Assembly (NCBI RefSeq): GCF_009914755.1
Contig: NC_060935.1
Source of the DNA: the human T2T-CHM13v2.0 reference genome, Homo sapiens
DNA: 64,000 bases
Strand: one strand, 5' to 3'
Below are positions 26,831 to 40,300 of this stretch, one piece after another. Position numbers and translations under genes: made by a program. Numbering within the stretch: position 1 is the first letter of the stretch; each line of letters opens with the position of its first letter. Below the pieces are notes generated by a model that ran no database searches, was not told where the DNA came from, and saw nothing but the letters and a program-made list of their open reading frames with translations.

Positions 26831-27572
26831 TGAAACTGGAAAAAAAAGGATAAATACTGGGTTGTGGGAGGGGTTAGAAAGATGAGCTGTTGGAAAAACA
26901 CACAAAGAACTTCAATTGTTTTAGCTAATGTGCTTGTTTTAAATTGAGTCATAACTTCGTAGTATTCAGTTACTTATGCTTTATAGTTTAACAACTATGC
27001 AAATTGCTTCTAGTTATTTGGTTTTTTAATTTAAAAATTAATTTTAAAAAGACAAAATGTTAGAAATACATATAGTCATTTATATCCACCCATAAGTGAT
27101 TCAAGATGAAAAAGCCGGCAAACTCTGTTCCCTAATCCAAACCCTTAAGAAGCACAGGGAAATCGGATGATGTTCTGCTGAGGCCTCAATCAGGTGGATC
27201 AATCTCCACCCAAACTCATAGAAACAGACCAAGAGACAGAATGCATGTGGATTCTAAAGGTTTCTTGTTATTTTTCTGCAGAGCCTGAGGCCTGAGGTAA
27301 ACCCTGAAAAAATTACTGGAGAAAGAAGTACGTTCAGGATTAGAATCTGAACCCCCAAATTCTTCTCCAAGGGAATGCCCTTTGGGCTGTTGAGAAGGCA
27401 GTGGAACTCTGCAGACAGACACAGCAGACACGGTGGACCTAGCCATGAAATCTGCTGAAGTCCAGGGAGTTCTTGCTCTTCTCCCTAGCTGAGGTCTCAA
27501 GCACCTTTTCCTGGCTGCTTTGACCCTCCCTCCCTCCTTAGCTGTAATACTTGTGGGTCCCTAACCTGCAAA

Positions 27573-28060
27573 TGTATTAGTTTTTCATAGCTGCTGTAAC
27601 AAACCTAGTGGTTTTAAAAACACATGTTTATTGTTTTGCGATTCTAAACTTCGTAAGTATAACATGAGTCTCACTGGGCTAAAATCAGGTTGTCTGCTGG
27701 CTGTGTTCCTTTCTGTACTGTCTAGGGGAGAATTTATTTTCTTGCCTTTCCCACTTTCTAGAGGCTGCCCACATTCCTGGGCTCATGGCAGTCTTTCCAC
27801 ATCTTCAAAGCCAGCAACAGCAAGTGGAGTCCTTCAACACTTTGACCTGGATCCCAGTTCACATCTCCTTCTCTGTCTTTTTCTGCCTCCCTCTTCCACT
27901 TTTAGGAACCCTTGTGATTACATTGGGCCCATGAATAATCTTCCTATTTTAAAATGAACTGATTTGCAGCCTTGATTCCTCTCTCTGCCACATAACCTAT
28001 TCATAGGTTCTGAGCATTAGAACATAGACATCTTTGGGGGCCATTATTCTCCCTACCACG
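27573..28060 (-). mobile_element. MLT1D-like MaLR LTR
   Basis: TGTATTAGTT..GCTGCTGTAACAAA ... GGGGGCCATTATTCT.CCTACCAC. Confidence 0.8.
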
Positions 28061-28111
28061 GCGCTTCACTAGCTAACCAGGCTTGCCTGCTCAACACACC
28101 TTCCAGTCAGC

Positions 28112-28397
28112 TGTGTGTGTGTGTGCGTGTGTGTGTGTGCTTGTGTGTGCATGAGCATGTGTGCGTGCTTGTGTGTGAGGTGTGTGTGCATTTGTGCATG
28201 CATGTGCGTGTGTGGTGCATGCATGGGTGCGACAGTGTGTGTGGGTGCGCGCGCAGGTGTACGTGTGCATCTGTGCATGCATGTGCGTGTGTGGTGCATG
28301 CGTGGGTGCGAGTGTATGTGTGTGCATGTGCGTGTGTGCATGCGTGTGCATGTGTGTGCATGTGTGTGCGTGTGTGTGTGCGCGTGTGCATGCACAT
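28112..28397. repeat. Complex (TG)/(TGCA)/(CG) alternating purine-pyrimidine tract
   Basis: About 285 bp of near-continuous RY alternation. Confidence 0.92.
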
Positions 28398-28429
28398 GGG
28401 CATATAATTCAAATTTGAATTGGTAGCCA

Positions 28430-29830
28430 CTGATTGTCAGACATGAGGAAAGTTTCTGACATACGGAAGAGGAACAAAAACAGATGCAAAGGAAATTAAG
28501 GGGAAAAAATGCAGGGTACAAAATAATAGTAATAATTCCCTCTCATATCTCAGAGAGGAAGGTGCTGCCTGGATCCATCAAACAAAACAAGAATATAGAA
28601 AAGAGCATCCCAAGATCAAGAACGAATTCTTGGAAATTAAAAATATAGAAGATGTAAACAAATTCCACATCAGGGTTGTTTCATAAATGAGTAAATATCC
28701 CAGAAAGTAAAACAAAATGTCAGACATGGACAAAAGGAAAGAAAGGATAAGAGAAATTGAGGATCAATATAGGTTCAGTGGCCCACGAGGTTCCAGCATC
28801 CAATTAAGCTGATGTTCAGAAGGCTGAGAAGAAAATACCAAGGAAAGAATTCTGTAAATCCCCAAACTGGAGACCGATTGAAGGGGCCACTGCCCAGCAC
28901 TATTAGTGCAAAAAGACCCACGCAAAGAAACATCATCATTAAAACACAGAAACACCAGGAAAAAAGAGATTTAAGAGTTTCCAAAGGGAAAATAGTTCAC
29001 ATGTGAGGATCAAGAAACAGAATGGCATCAGACTTCTCCACAGCTAGATTTGCTGCAGAAGACAAAAAGGAGTATCATCAAAATTATGCGGGAAAATGAT
29101 TTTCAGACTAGGATTCTGTATTAAGCCAAACCATCAAAGAATATAAGACCAGCGGGGTAAAAAGGTATGTTCAGACATGAAAGGTTACAAAAATTACTTC
29201 CCTTGCACCTTTTCCCACTATAAAGAGAGAATGGCATAAGACAGAGGAAAATGGGATCCAGGAAACCAGGGATTCCTCTCCAGAGAGGAAAAGGGAACCC
29301 CACAGTTATACCAGCTGTGACTCAGGCCCAGAGAAGAGCTACTCTAGATTTGGCAGGAGGGTGAAGCATCAGCAAGCACTCCAGGAGAGAGCTCTCTTAC
29401 CTGCCTCTAAGAAAAAGACCACGAAGAAACAGATCCCCGATATTGGGCGGAAATGTACACTTCCACAGCAGAGGCTGAGGATGGAGGAACTGGCACACAA
29501 CAAATACTATTGATTAAAGGGTTCTGGACTAACTAGCATAGGAAAATGGGGATGGGGAAGCCTGTGTGTGTTGGCGGGCTGCGGAGGGCAGTGGCCTGCA
29601 TTAGTGAAGAGTGTTATCCTCTTCCTCCTTATTAGGAAGTCGGTACAGATCGTCTAACACGGAAAAATCTAGAACTAGCATATTGTCTAGACATAGGGTG
29701 GTAAATACCAGAAGAAACATCCAAAAGAGTTTGAAAAGTTTGTCTCTGAGCAATAGAAAGTGAGAAATGGGAACTGCTGTTTTATCATAAGCCTTGTGAT
29801 TCGATTTGACTTTTAAAACTAATTACTTGC
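28430..29830 (+). mobile_element. HAL1/L1M-like degraded element
   Basis: A-rich ORF1-like sequence (TCTTGGAAATTAAAAATAT, AGAATGGCATCAGACTTCTC). Confidence 0.55.
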
Positions 29831-30228
29831 ATTATTTTCATTACAGAAAAGCTGTGCTACAGATGGCAGCTGTGATGGTGTGAAAATCTTCAATTCTATG
29901 GCACTTTGGACTAATTCTCACATCCCACTGGCCATGGCCTTACCTTCCACTGTGCGGTATTTCACTCTTCTCAGAGCATTTTCTCGTAGGTTACTTGATG
30001 CGTCCCTCAACAGCCCTGTGGGAGTCATGACACAGTTTCTATCCCCATTTTACAGATAGAGCGGTAGAGGCTTTGAAAAGAAGTAACTTACCAAGGTCAC
30101 ATGGTCAGCTTCCTCAATTCCATGTGGAATCCAGCAGGTATAAATAGAAGAGTCACATAGTTCTTAATAAAGAAGCTATGACTAAAACCAAAAATTTCTG
30201 ACACTTAGTCCAGGTTATTTTTAACTAA

Positions 30229-30567
<339 letters not shown>

Positions 30568-30599
30568 TGAAGAGTTGCTCTGTGAATAAAGTGTTCCTT

Positions 30600-30675
30600 G
30601 ATCCCTGCTGTATACTTCCTCTGAGAAAGTACTATGGGATCCCTGCTGTATACTTCCTCTGAGAAAGTACTATGG
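30600..30675 (+). repeat. Perfect 38-bp tandem duplication
   Basis: GATCCCTGCTGTATACTTCCTCTGAGAAAGTACTATGG twice. Confidence 0.95.
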
Positions 30676-31317
30676 TGTCGTGTGGATATCTAAGAAATGA
30701 TGCAGTTCAAAGCAAACCAGTTTAATCCCTTATTTTGTAAACCTATGAGATCATGCCACCTTCTCGGGGAGGGGTGGGGTTGGAGAGATTCCCATTAACA
30801 CTGAAGTTCCATGAAGTGAAACTTGGATGATTCTGACTGGGGCCACGTTCAAGCCCAGAACCAGTGAGCAGAAGTGGCAGGTCCTAGAAGGGAGACTGGA
30901 GGGATCAATCTTCCCCAGGAACAGTGGCTCCTAATGTGCAGATGAAATGGAATCACCTGGGAAATTCTGTTGGCAATACAGGTTCCAGGGCCCACGAAGA
31001 GACGACGGTTTGGTGGCGCAAGCCTGGGAGTCTGTATTTTTGAAAAGCTCTGTGTGGGACGCGGAAGCCTCCAGGTTTGGAAACTCTGCTGGGGCTCTGA
31101 AGCCCTGCCTGGACTTAGCATCTGAAACTAAAAAGCCAGGGTCTAGATGCTTCCTACCATTTTCTAAAAATGGCAATAAACAACACTTGAGAATTTAAAA
31201 GCATGAAATCATCCTTAGAAATCATGGACTCCCATAATGAAAGCAAACCACCGCTTGAGTTCTTCTGATTTTTATCCAACCTGTTCATCTTACCCTTCTT
31301 TTTTTCAGGGCAACTTC

Positions 31318-31318
<1 letters not shown>

Positions 31319-31350
<32 letters not shown>
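31319..31350 (+). repeat. A32 homopolymer with no SINE body
   Basis: Directly visible. Confidence 0.9.
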
Positions 31351-31351
<1 letters not shown>

Positions 31352-31548
31352 CAGCGTATCAGCTATCCTGATCAGCGTCCAGCATTTGCTGCCTGGTCAC
31401 TGCCCTTAAAACTACCTTTGTAAAAGTGGGATCAAGAGATGAGGAAGAATCACACCGAGTCACCTATTCCATCCCATATCTATCTTACCAGGAAGCTCAG
31501 TGAATCTTTCCAATCAACAGGAACACTGGTGAGTAAAAAGCGTGTCAC

Positions 31549-31565
31549 TAGCACCATCTGGTGGC
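31549..31565 (-). promoter_or_regulatory. Candidate CTCF core motif
   Basis: Minus strand reads GCCACCAGATGGTGCTA, close to the CCASYAGRKGGCRS consensus. Motif match only. Confidence 0.4.
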
Positions 31566-31739
31566 TTCTTAAAAATACCAATTTCTATGCAGTAGGCATG
31601 TTGAGTCTCCACACATGAAGGGACTCCTTGTGGTTACAAAGGACATTCCTTTCCTTTCCAAAGGCTGAGTTTAGGCAAAATAATAAAGTTTGTTAAAGTG
31701 ACTGTTTCCAGCAACCCCTTCCTTTCTTAGCTTTATGTA

Positions 31740-32100
31740 TGTGTGTATGTATTTAATAAGCAAACATAGGTGAGTGCATGCCATGTGTCAAGCTCTCATG
31801 GAGCTTATGAGCTAGCGAAGGGATAGAGACAATTAATAGATAAACCAATAAGTAAAAATACTTCTGAATGAGAAGTTCTGTTTGGAAAATGAAGAGGGTG
31901 ATGTGATCAAGTGACTACACCAAACTGGGTCATCAAGGCAGGCCTCTGACGCAAGACAGGGAGGAGGAGCAGCCTTGCCTGGCTAGGAAAAGCACTCAAG
32001 GCAGAGGGCACAGCTTGCACAGGAACCTGGAAGAGGAGATGAAATCAGAGAGGCAGATCTCACAGGCCAAATTGAACCATTTGGATTTAATTTAAGGCTC
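31740..32100 (-). mobile_element. L2 fragment
   Basis: CTCATGGAGCTTA, CAAGGCAGGCCTCT and AGGCAGAGGGCACAGC L2-like motifs. Confidence 0.6.
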
Positions 32101-33929
32101 CCGGAAGTCTTCGGAGGGGCAGGTGCCAAGAGGAGCGAGAGGGGAGAACGGTGCCCCAGAGGGGAGGAGTTGCGTGCACTGGGCAGCTGGGCAGGCAGCT
32201 CCCCTCCAGGCGGCACAGGACATCTCCTTACGGCTCCACAAACATCACACAACCTCAGGGTTGGGAGGGACTTCCAGGTTTGCTCCAATTACCCATTCCG
32301 TGTCTCCATCCCCCAACACCACCTTTGCTTGATGGTCACCCATCTCTGATCGCTTCCACCGCTTAAGGTCCATCAGAACAAGCCTAAGTCCTTTTCTTCT
32401 GTGAGCCCTGCATATACTTGGGCTGGCTCTCATGCTTTTCCTTTCCCTCCCAAGCCTCCTCTCTTTCACTGCCACATGAGTTATAGGTTAGCTGCATGTG
32501 CTGCTGAGGAGCTCGAGAGGTGCCAAAGGAGCTCGTCAGGTGCCTCACTGGACAATATGGATGGCTTTGGACTAGCAGTCAGTCACATTCTCTAAGGTAG
32601 GGAACCAAAGGTGCCACTCGTTGCAAGAGGCAATCATACCAGAAAGCCAAGGAGATGACCCAAGAGTGGGAGAGGACATTGTTCTGGAACCTACATCTGT
32701 GATTAGTGTAGCAAAGTATTTTTTGAGTCCAATGTTGGATACTTTTTCCTAGCCTCAAGGAAGCTACTCCTGCATGTTTTAGCTTTTTAGGAGAAGGGTC
32801 GTAAAAATAAGAGAGCCAGTATAGCCTTTAGGAACCTAATAATTACAAAACACTGGCAGGAACAGAACCATCTCCCACCATAATCAAAGTAAAATACTTG
32901 CAAAGTGGTACCGAGAGGAACACCCAGGAAGGGGGGCGTCTCTATTGCAGGACCAGGCAACTGTGAAATTCCGTCATGGCCACTCCTTTCAGAGGGTTAT
33001 TGTGGCTCCTGGGATTCAAGGGCATATGGGGTATTGGGAGTCCAGTAACTTTATAGGGTGTAGGTAACATCACTGTTGTCTTCTCTAAAACTCACGTAAC
33101 TTAGAGAAGCAGATCATTCAGGAACTCAAGTTTTCCTAGATTTTACTATCTCTTAGTACATAGATTCTACATGCTTGTTGAAAACGATCCAAACCTTCAT
33201 TGTTCCTTCTCTTCCGAAGTTGCTACGGCCTGGAAGAGAGTTCCCATTACACCTTCTCAGTTCCACACCCTAAGATGCTTTGTAGGGTAGATGTGAGTAC
33301 GGGAAGAAAGTCTTTCCCAGACACCTAGAACATCACCCTTCCTCTCCTGCAAGTAACCCCCTTCCCTACTTTCCAAGCACTGCTCAAAACTGCTCTCCTT
33401 TTATGACTACTTCTACCAGTGTTTAGTCATCTGGCAGTTGAATTTTAGATCATGTAAGCCTACTTGTCTTTGCTTCTGTGACCAGCAACCAACACCAGTA
33501 GTCCCGGTGCTTGTAACATATGAAAGTAAACCAAACAAATGATGGGATTCATCCTTGCTACTGAAGTAAGATGTCCTGTTATATTTCAACACCCAGTACA
33601 AAGGGGTTCCCAGCCCCTGCCTTTTACAAGAACTATCATATAAATAGCTTAAGTTTTTTCGTGTCTTATTCTGGGCAACGGTATAGCAATGTTTTTAACA
33701 GCAGTAATGAACTATGCTTACTATAGTGCCAGTTGTTGTGAGTTTTTGCATCTGTTAACTCATTTATTTCTCACGACCCATCAGTTTGTAGATGAAACCA
33801 AGGCATACAAAGGTTAAACGCTCTGCCCAGTGGCACACAGTGAGTAATCCATGTGGAGCTGAAAGTCACACCTGCACATGGATACTAGGGACCCATCAGC
33901 TCACTCCTTCAGGAAAGGTTGGTGCACAT

Positions 33930-34290
33930 ATTATGCTATAGTGTTATTTCAGGCACTAGGATTTAAATGAGCAAGACAAAGCTCTTGTCCTCTTGGAGTT
34001 CACATTCCAGAGAAACTATAGATAAAAAATAAATAACATAAAGCAAGTAATGGGGTAAGAGTAGTGACATGCTACATGAGATAGGATGGTCAAGGAAAGT
34101 CTTCTCTAAGGGGGTGGTGTTTGAGCAAAGACTTGAAGTGCGGGAGCGAACCACATAGATACCTGGGGCCTATGCACCCCAGGGGGAGGAGTGTCAGTGA
34201 GCACGAAGGCTGAGGTGGAAGTGGACTTGGCATGTTTACGGGAGGACAAGGAGGCTGATGAGGCGGCAGTACAAGGCAGAGGGAGGGTGG
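33930..34290 (-). mobile_element. L2 fragment
   Basis: CAGGCACTAGGA..ACAAAG..CCTCTTGGAGTTCACATTC, GTCAAGGAAAGTCTTCTCT, TTTGAGCAAAGACTTGAA. Confidence 0.7.
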
Positions 34291-35521
34291 CTGTACTTGA
34301 CTTCCAGCAGCATTCATGGAGCCCCCCGCCCCTTTGCATATCTTCCATATCTCTGCAGCTGGAACAAGACACACCCTCTCTTTATTTCCAGAAGCTTCTT
34401 CTTCTCCAATATATGGTTAGAAGCTTGTGGATGCAGGACCAACCTTCTGCTACCATTATGAGGTCTCAAGAGTGACACCTCATCTGGCAACCTATGCTGC
34501 CCCTCAATTTCTTTTGCCCTATAAACTGCCAGTCCTTGAGCTTGTCTTGGGGGCTATAATTGTCGCTCTCTGCTTCAGGAAGCTAGAGCACTCTTCTTCC
34601 GCATGCTGCTGCCCTTGTCAGTGACAGATGTCATGGGAGAACCTGAGTCGAGAGTGGAGTGGGAGGTAGATGTCCATGCTGTGCACTGCTCCCAGCTCTG
34701 CTCTCCTTCCAGACAGGGGGTCTACTGCCTTTAACTCGCACCTTGCTTGTACTGGCATGGCCTTCAGGCTCATTCTATCTGATGAGTTGTGAGCAGGAAC
34801 GACATGTGTGACTTCTGGACCACATTTTAACTATCCCTGCAAGCTCCTCCAGTGTTCTCCTCCCTTGCCTCACCATCCTAGGAGTTCAGTCTTAGGTGAT
34901 GGGGGTAAGGGATGCCAATGGCTGCTCAGAGGACTGCTACCCAGGACAGTTGCCTGGACCTGCAGCAGGCTTGCCTTGAGCAGGAAAAACACCTCTTTTC
35001 ATGTCTAAGGCATTGAGATTTTGGTTGTGTTACTACAGCATAACCCTAGCCTAACCTGACTAATGTGAGGAGTTGTGTTCCCTGCAAATCAACAACAACA
35101 CAGTGCCCTAGCCTCGCAGGCACAACTACGTTAGGGATTCATGATCTTTGAGGATACACAGTGGGCATACAGTCTAACAGTGGTAAGAACTGCAGGCTCT
35201 GGGGTCACAGAGCTTGGGCCTGCACCCCACTTAACCTCAGAGATATAAACTCAGGCACATTACTTAAAACTTTCTAGGCTTTGATTTACCTGTAAAGTGG
35301 CAATAAAAGAAAAAATGTTACCTCACGTAATTGTTAGGAAGAATGAGTTAATATTAACATATGCAAAATACTTAGGATAGCCTGGTACATGATAATTGAT
35401 CAATAAATTTTTAATGATATTAGCTACTATCAGTGCAATTACTATGCTCTTTTCTCTGGAAATGCATTTTGCTTTAACTGATCTTGAACCAGGAAAATAT
35501 ATATGTGTTTAAGAATAATGA

Positions 35522-35820
35522 GGCCAGAGCCAGTGGCTCATACCTGTAATTCCAGCACTTTGGGAGGCCGAGGCAGGCAGATCACTTGAAGTCAGGAGTT
35601 CAAGAACAGCCTGGCCAACATGGCAAAACCCCATCTCTACTAAAAATACAGACGTTAGCCGGGTGTGGTGGTGCACATCTGTAGTCCCAGCTACTTAGGA
35701 TGCTGAGGCAGGAGAATCACTTGAACCTGGAAGGCAGAGGTTGCAATGAGACAAGATAGTGCCACTGCACTCCACGCTGGGTGACAGAGCAAGACTTTGT
35801 CTCAAAAAAACAAAACAAAA
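35522..35820 (+). mobile_element. AluS
   Basis: Full dimer. Confidence 0.93.
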
Positions 35821-37063
35821 CTTCATTATTTACCAAGTTTTACTATCCAGAAATGGAGAGCCAGTCAAATCCCTCTCTTTAGCAACTGTTTTGTAGAATA
35901 CCAGGCCTGCTTTCCCTCATTACTTCTTTTGCAGAAATTCACCATGTTGCTTCTACTCCTGCCATCTCGTGTATTGAATGAGCCTGTGAGTAACTAGGGC
36001 AATACAGGAAAGCGATACCTGCAGAAGGCACCATCCACTAGAAGAGAAGGTGAAGCTCACAGAGGTTCCTGGACCACTTCCCTGAACTGGAAAGTTGACA
36101 GATGCAATAGATAACCTAGCACTAGACATTGTTCTGAAATGTAGACACAGTTCAGTCGTCATAATAGGTGCTATCTGGATAATGGTTTCCACTGAATAAT
36201 TACACAAGACTTTTTGGTTGTTATTCGGACTTCATGGTAAGCAAGGACCTTCTCCACTACTACGTCACGCTATAGGATTCCCTGTGAAGTCCCATTTTAA
36301 CTGCCAGGGCTCTCTTCCTGCGAGATCCAACCATGGGAGAACTTTCCGGTTATTTTTTCAGAAGGGTTGACCCTTAATAAATTCTTAATGATACAATAGA
36401 AAGTGGTTAAATACTTAATGATACAAGCACAATATAGCCCTCTTCCCTTCTATTGCTGCATGGTCTTGTGCTATTTCCAAGTAAAAGTTCTGGGTAACTT
36501 TTATTTGGCACTTGCTCTCCTGCTGAGCCCTGTACAAACACCTACTATCTAATTGAATCCTCACGGCAACCCTTCATAGGTACTATTATTCCCACTTTAG
36601 AGATCAGGAAGTCATGGCTTCATCAGAGTTTTAGAAATAATTTTAGAGGGTTTAGTGGGTCAGTAGAGGTTTTAGAGTTAGTAGCAGTCCAGATTCAACC
36701 AGCCAACTCTCAAGTCTGCTTTGAGTCAGTGTGTGCAGGTTTGACTTTCAGCTCCACATGGATTACTCACTGTATGCCACTGGGCAGAGCGTTGAACCTT
36801 TGGTTGAGCCTTGGTTTCATCTACAAACTGATGGGTTATGAGAAATAAATGAGTTAACAGACACAAAAGGCTCACAACAACTGGCACTATAGTAAGCATA
36901 GTTTGTTACTGCTGTTAAAAACATTGCTATACCATTGCCCAGAATTGATAAAATATGAAAAAACTTAAGTTAATTATGTGACGATAGTTCTTGTAAAAGT
37001 TTTGATGAGAAAAGAAGGAACATCACTTGGTCCTAGCTATTTGTTTTCCATGAGTGCAGTATT

Positions 37064-37383
<320 letters not shown>

Positions 37384-40300
37384 TGAAAAAGTTAGCTGTC
37401 AAAAAGCAAATGTGAATTAGCTACACTTCCCTAACAAGACCAAATGTCTCAGGTCGTCTTAATATTATATAAGCATATAATAGGAGGCATTAGAGTATTC
37501 AGCCAGCAGTATTTTATCTCCTTTTTAAAGAATGCTGCATTTTCTATAGTTTGTTCAGTTCAATTAGCTCTAATTTTTGCATGCCATTGTTATTGAGTCT
37601 GGGGCTTAATATTTATACCAAGGGGAGAGAGAAATTAAGGATACATTTCTGTTACCCTATCACCGAAGTGAAGGGGAACCAAAGTGTGAATGGGAAAAGG
37701 TGGTAACTTCAATGAACAAGAGACGGCTCCCTCTGCAAGCATATTAAATGTGCTGCCTAGATCTGTATTTCTCAGCCATCTGCACCAGGATTACATGGAG
37801 TGGACACCAAAACTAGATTCTAAGTCCAATCCCAGTCGCACTGGATCAGACCATCTGGTGGTTGCTCAAGAATCTTAACTAGCTTAGCTCTCCAGGTGTT
37901 CTAAATGGATTCTGAAGTTTGAGAAATACTTGCCGAGTTTAAAACATAACTAGTGGCTGAGAAATCTAGGATGCTTTTCAAAAATTTTTTAGAGAATTAA
38001 GAACACGAATTGCAAATGACTCAGTGACAGCTGAAGCTGTCTACATGATATTCTGGTTTCTTAATTGTGGATGCTCAAACTGTCTTCTAGCCTAGCATTC
38101 TCCTATGGGGAGAAACACTCTGCAGTTATTAACAGGAGAAATGCCACTGCGTCTAATCACATCGCTTTCTCACAGACTGTCAAATGAAGGGTGAAGTCTT
38201 ACAGCTTTGGTTTCATTCTCCCTTCTGAGCATCTTATACACTAACATCTCCTTCCTGAGACTCAGCTATCCAAGCCCTTTGCTAGGAGAAAACAAGAGCC
38301 TCAGAGTAACAAAAAATAGACAATACAAAGTCCACACGATTCAGGATAACCTTTCAGGACTCCAGTTCAGAACTACTTTTGCTCCCCAGATTAGAATTAC
38401 AAAGAGAAAAAGGAAGAGGAGGGTTTATAGGTAGTTCTTAGACAGTAACACAAAGTGACAGCAGCAAAGACATACGAAACTGAAAAAAAGGGGTATAAAA
38501 ATATAAAAAGAACTGGTGTTAAACCACTTGGTATAAACGCAGATCTTTTATCTCAGTGTGCCCCCGAGGATATCCCTAAGTTATGCATGGTGCAGTAATC
38601 TATTGATACAAGTGATGAAACTACACTGGCCACAAAATTTGTGGTTGGAAATACATTCTGGAAGTATTTTGATTCAAGGGTCTAAAATAAAATTACACCT
38701 TATACTTTTTCAGAGGTACACTGTCAACTGTATGAAAAACATGACCAACTAAAATGTCTTATTTCTGGTGTTTCCAGATGCCCAAGGTTTTACTGGATGG
38801 GGAGTCAGTGTTACTTTAAAATGTGCCTCTTCCTGTACAACCACAAATGACTAAAATCTCAACCACCAAGAATGTATGTGTTACTGATTCCTCAGTGATA
38901 CACATTTTAAGAGGTAGGTACCATATTTTTGTCAGTATAACATAAGTTTGGTGATGAAATAGTTGGCATGGAAAGCAGAGTCCTGAAAACTGAGAAGACC
39001 CAGTGGAGCTGCGGCTGTATCTTTTCTTTCATCCCATCTGAGCAGTTTCCATGGGAACACTTATTCAGGTCTGAGGACGCTTACCAAAGCAGATGCTGTA
39101 TCTTTGCTGAGGTCTGGAGTGTGGTATGCAGGCACAGAAAAGACGGTTGGCTTACTAGGGCCATCTGGAATAAACAGGCAACTTTTCCTATTGCTGGCAA
39201 GAAAAAAAAATAGGGCCCTAACACCTCAAAATGAAGAATGATTTGCAACTTGACTCTCAATAGGAAAACCAATATTCAACAGCTGAATATTGAGGGTCCT
39301 CCCCGCCTCACCTTTAAGTCCTGGTTGATACTGAAGTATTTATTTTGAGAACTGTGGCAGCAGAAGAAACTCTGGAGCCCTGCTGGGCAGCTGGGCCACT
39401 TGCAGTACTTGCTTCACACCTAGAGTCACCGTCTCACTAACACTTGATCTGGGCTTGCTGCGAGCCAGCTCACCACAGGTGGCCTCATCTGCGGCATGAT
39501 TCTTTTATGGTCATTTCACCCTTAAGAGAGAGAAAACAGGATGTCCAAGATGTTTCCTGGGAATCTGTAAAGATATGGTTTTATTCAGAATCCCCTTTGA
39601 AGGATCCTGAGATAAGCTGATTCAGTTTCCTGAGAAGTGCACACTCGGGAACCAGGCTCCAAGAGCGGAGTGTGGACTCCTTCAGGAGCAGGAAGCAGCA
39701 AGTCAGCCCAGACTCTCCAGGATGGATCAAGAGGTCTCCACCGCTCTACAGGGAACAGTGTTTGACTTGGGGGAAATTTGGCCAGGCAGCAAAAGGTGGT
39801 AAATAGATAACGACAGGAGACACTTAACCCCTTTCCTCAAATAGCGTACCCCTGGGCATAACAGGATGTGTCATGAAAACATGTGTCCTTTGGTCCTAAT
39901 TCCCCAAATCAATCACCCCCACTATCTCATTATAATTCATATTAGGTCAAAAAGGAAACACATACACAAAGTAGTCTGTTTTAACCTGAAATAATTCTGT
40001 TGATATTTGAATCACTTTCAGTGGGACATTTGCTTTAAACCACAAGATATCTCCATCTCCAGGTACAAAAATCCCTTCCTCCCTCCCCTGCCACCCCCCA
40101 CCCCACCCTGCAACCAAAGAAACAAACAAAACCCAAACCCACAACTCAGCTTCAAATAAGTTTGCAAGAAATGAGACTCTAAATATTTACATATGGGGCA
40201 AGAAATAAATCACAAAACTATTTACAAAAATACACAAGCTTATATGCATTAACAATTTACACCAGTTCACAAAAATATTAAGACATAAAAAAACACTATA

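Larger units (their letters stand above)
33621..36999. repeat. Inverted repeat, about 260-bp arms (33621-33878 and 36732-36999), about 2.85-kb spacer
   Basis: Manual alignment gives roughly 88-90% identity; arms are partly MIR-derived and partly unique. Confidence 0.95.

Noticed and set aside
28069-28521. His/Thr- and Cys/Val-rich ORFs
   Set aside because: Artefact of the TG/CA repeat lacking stop codons.
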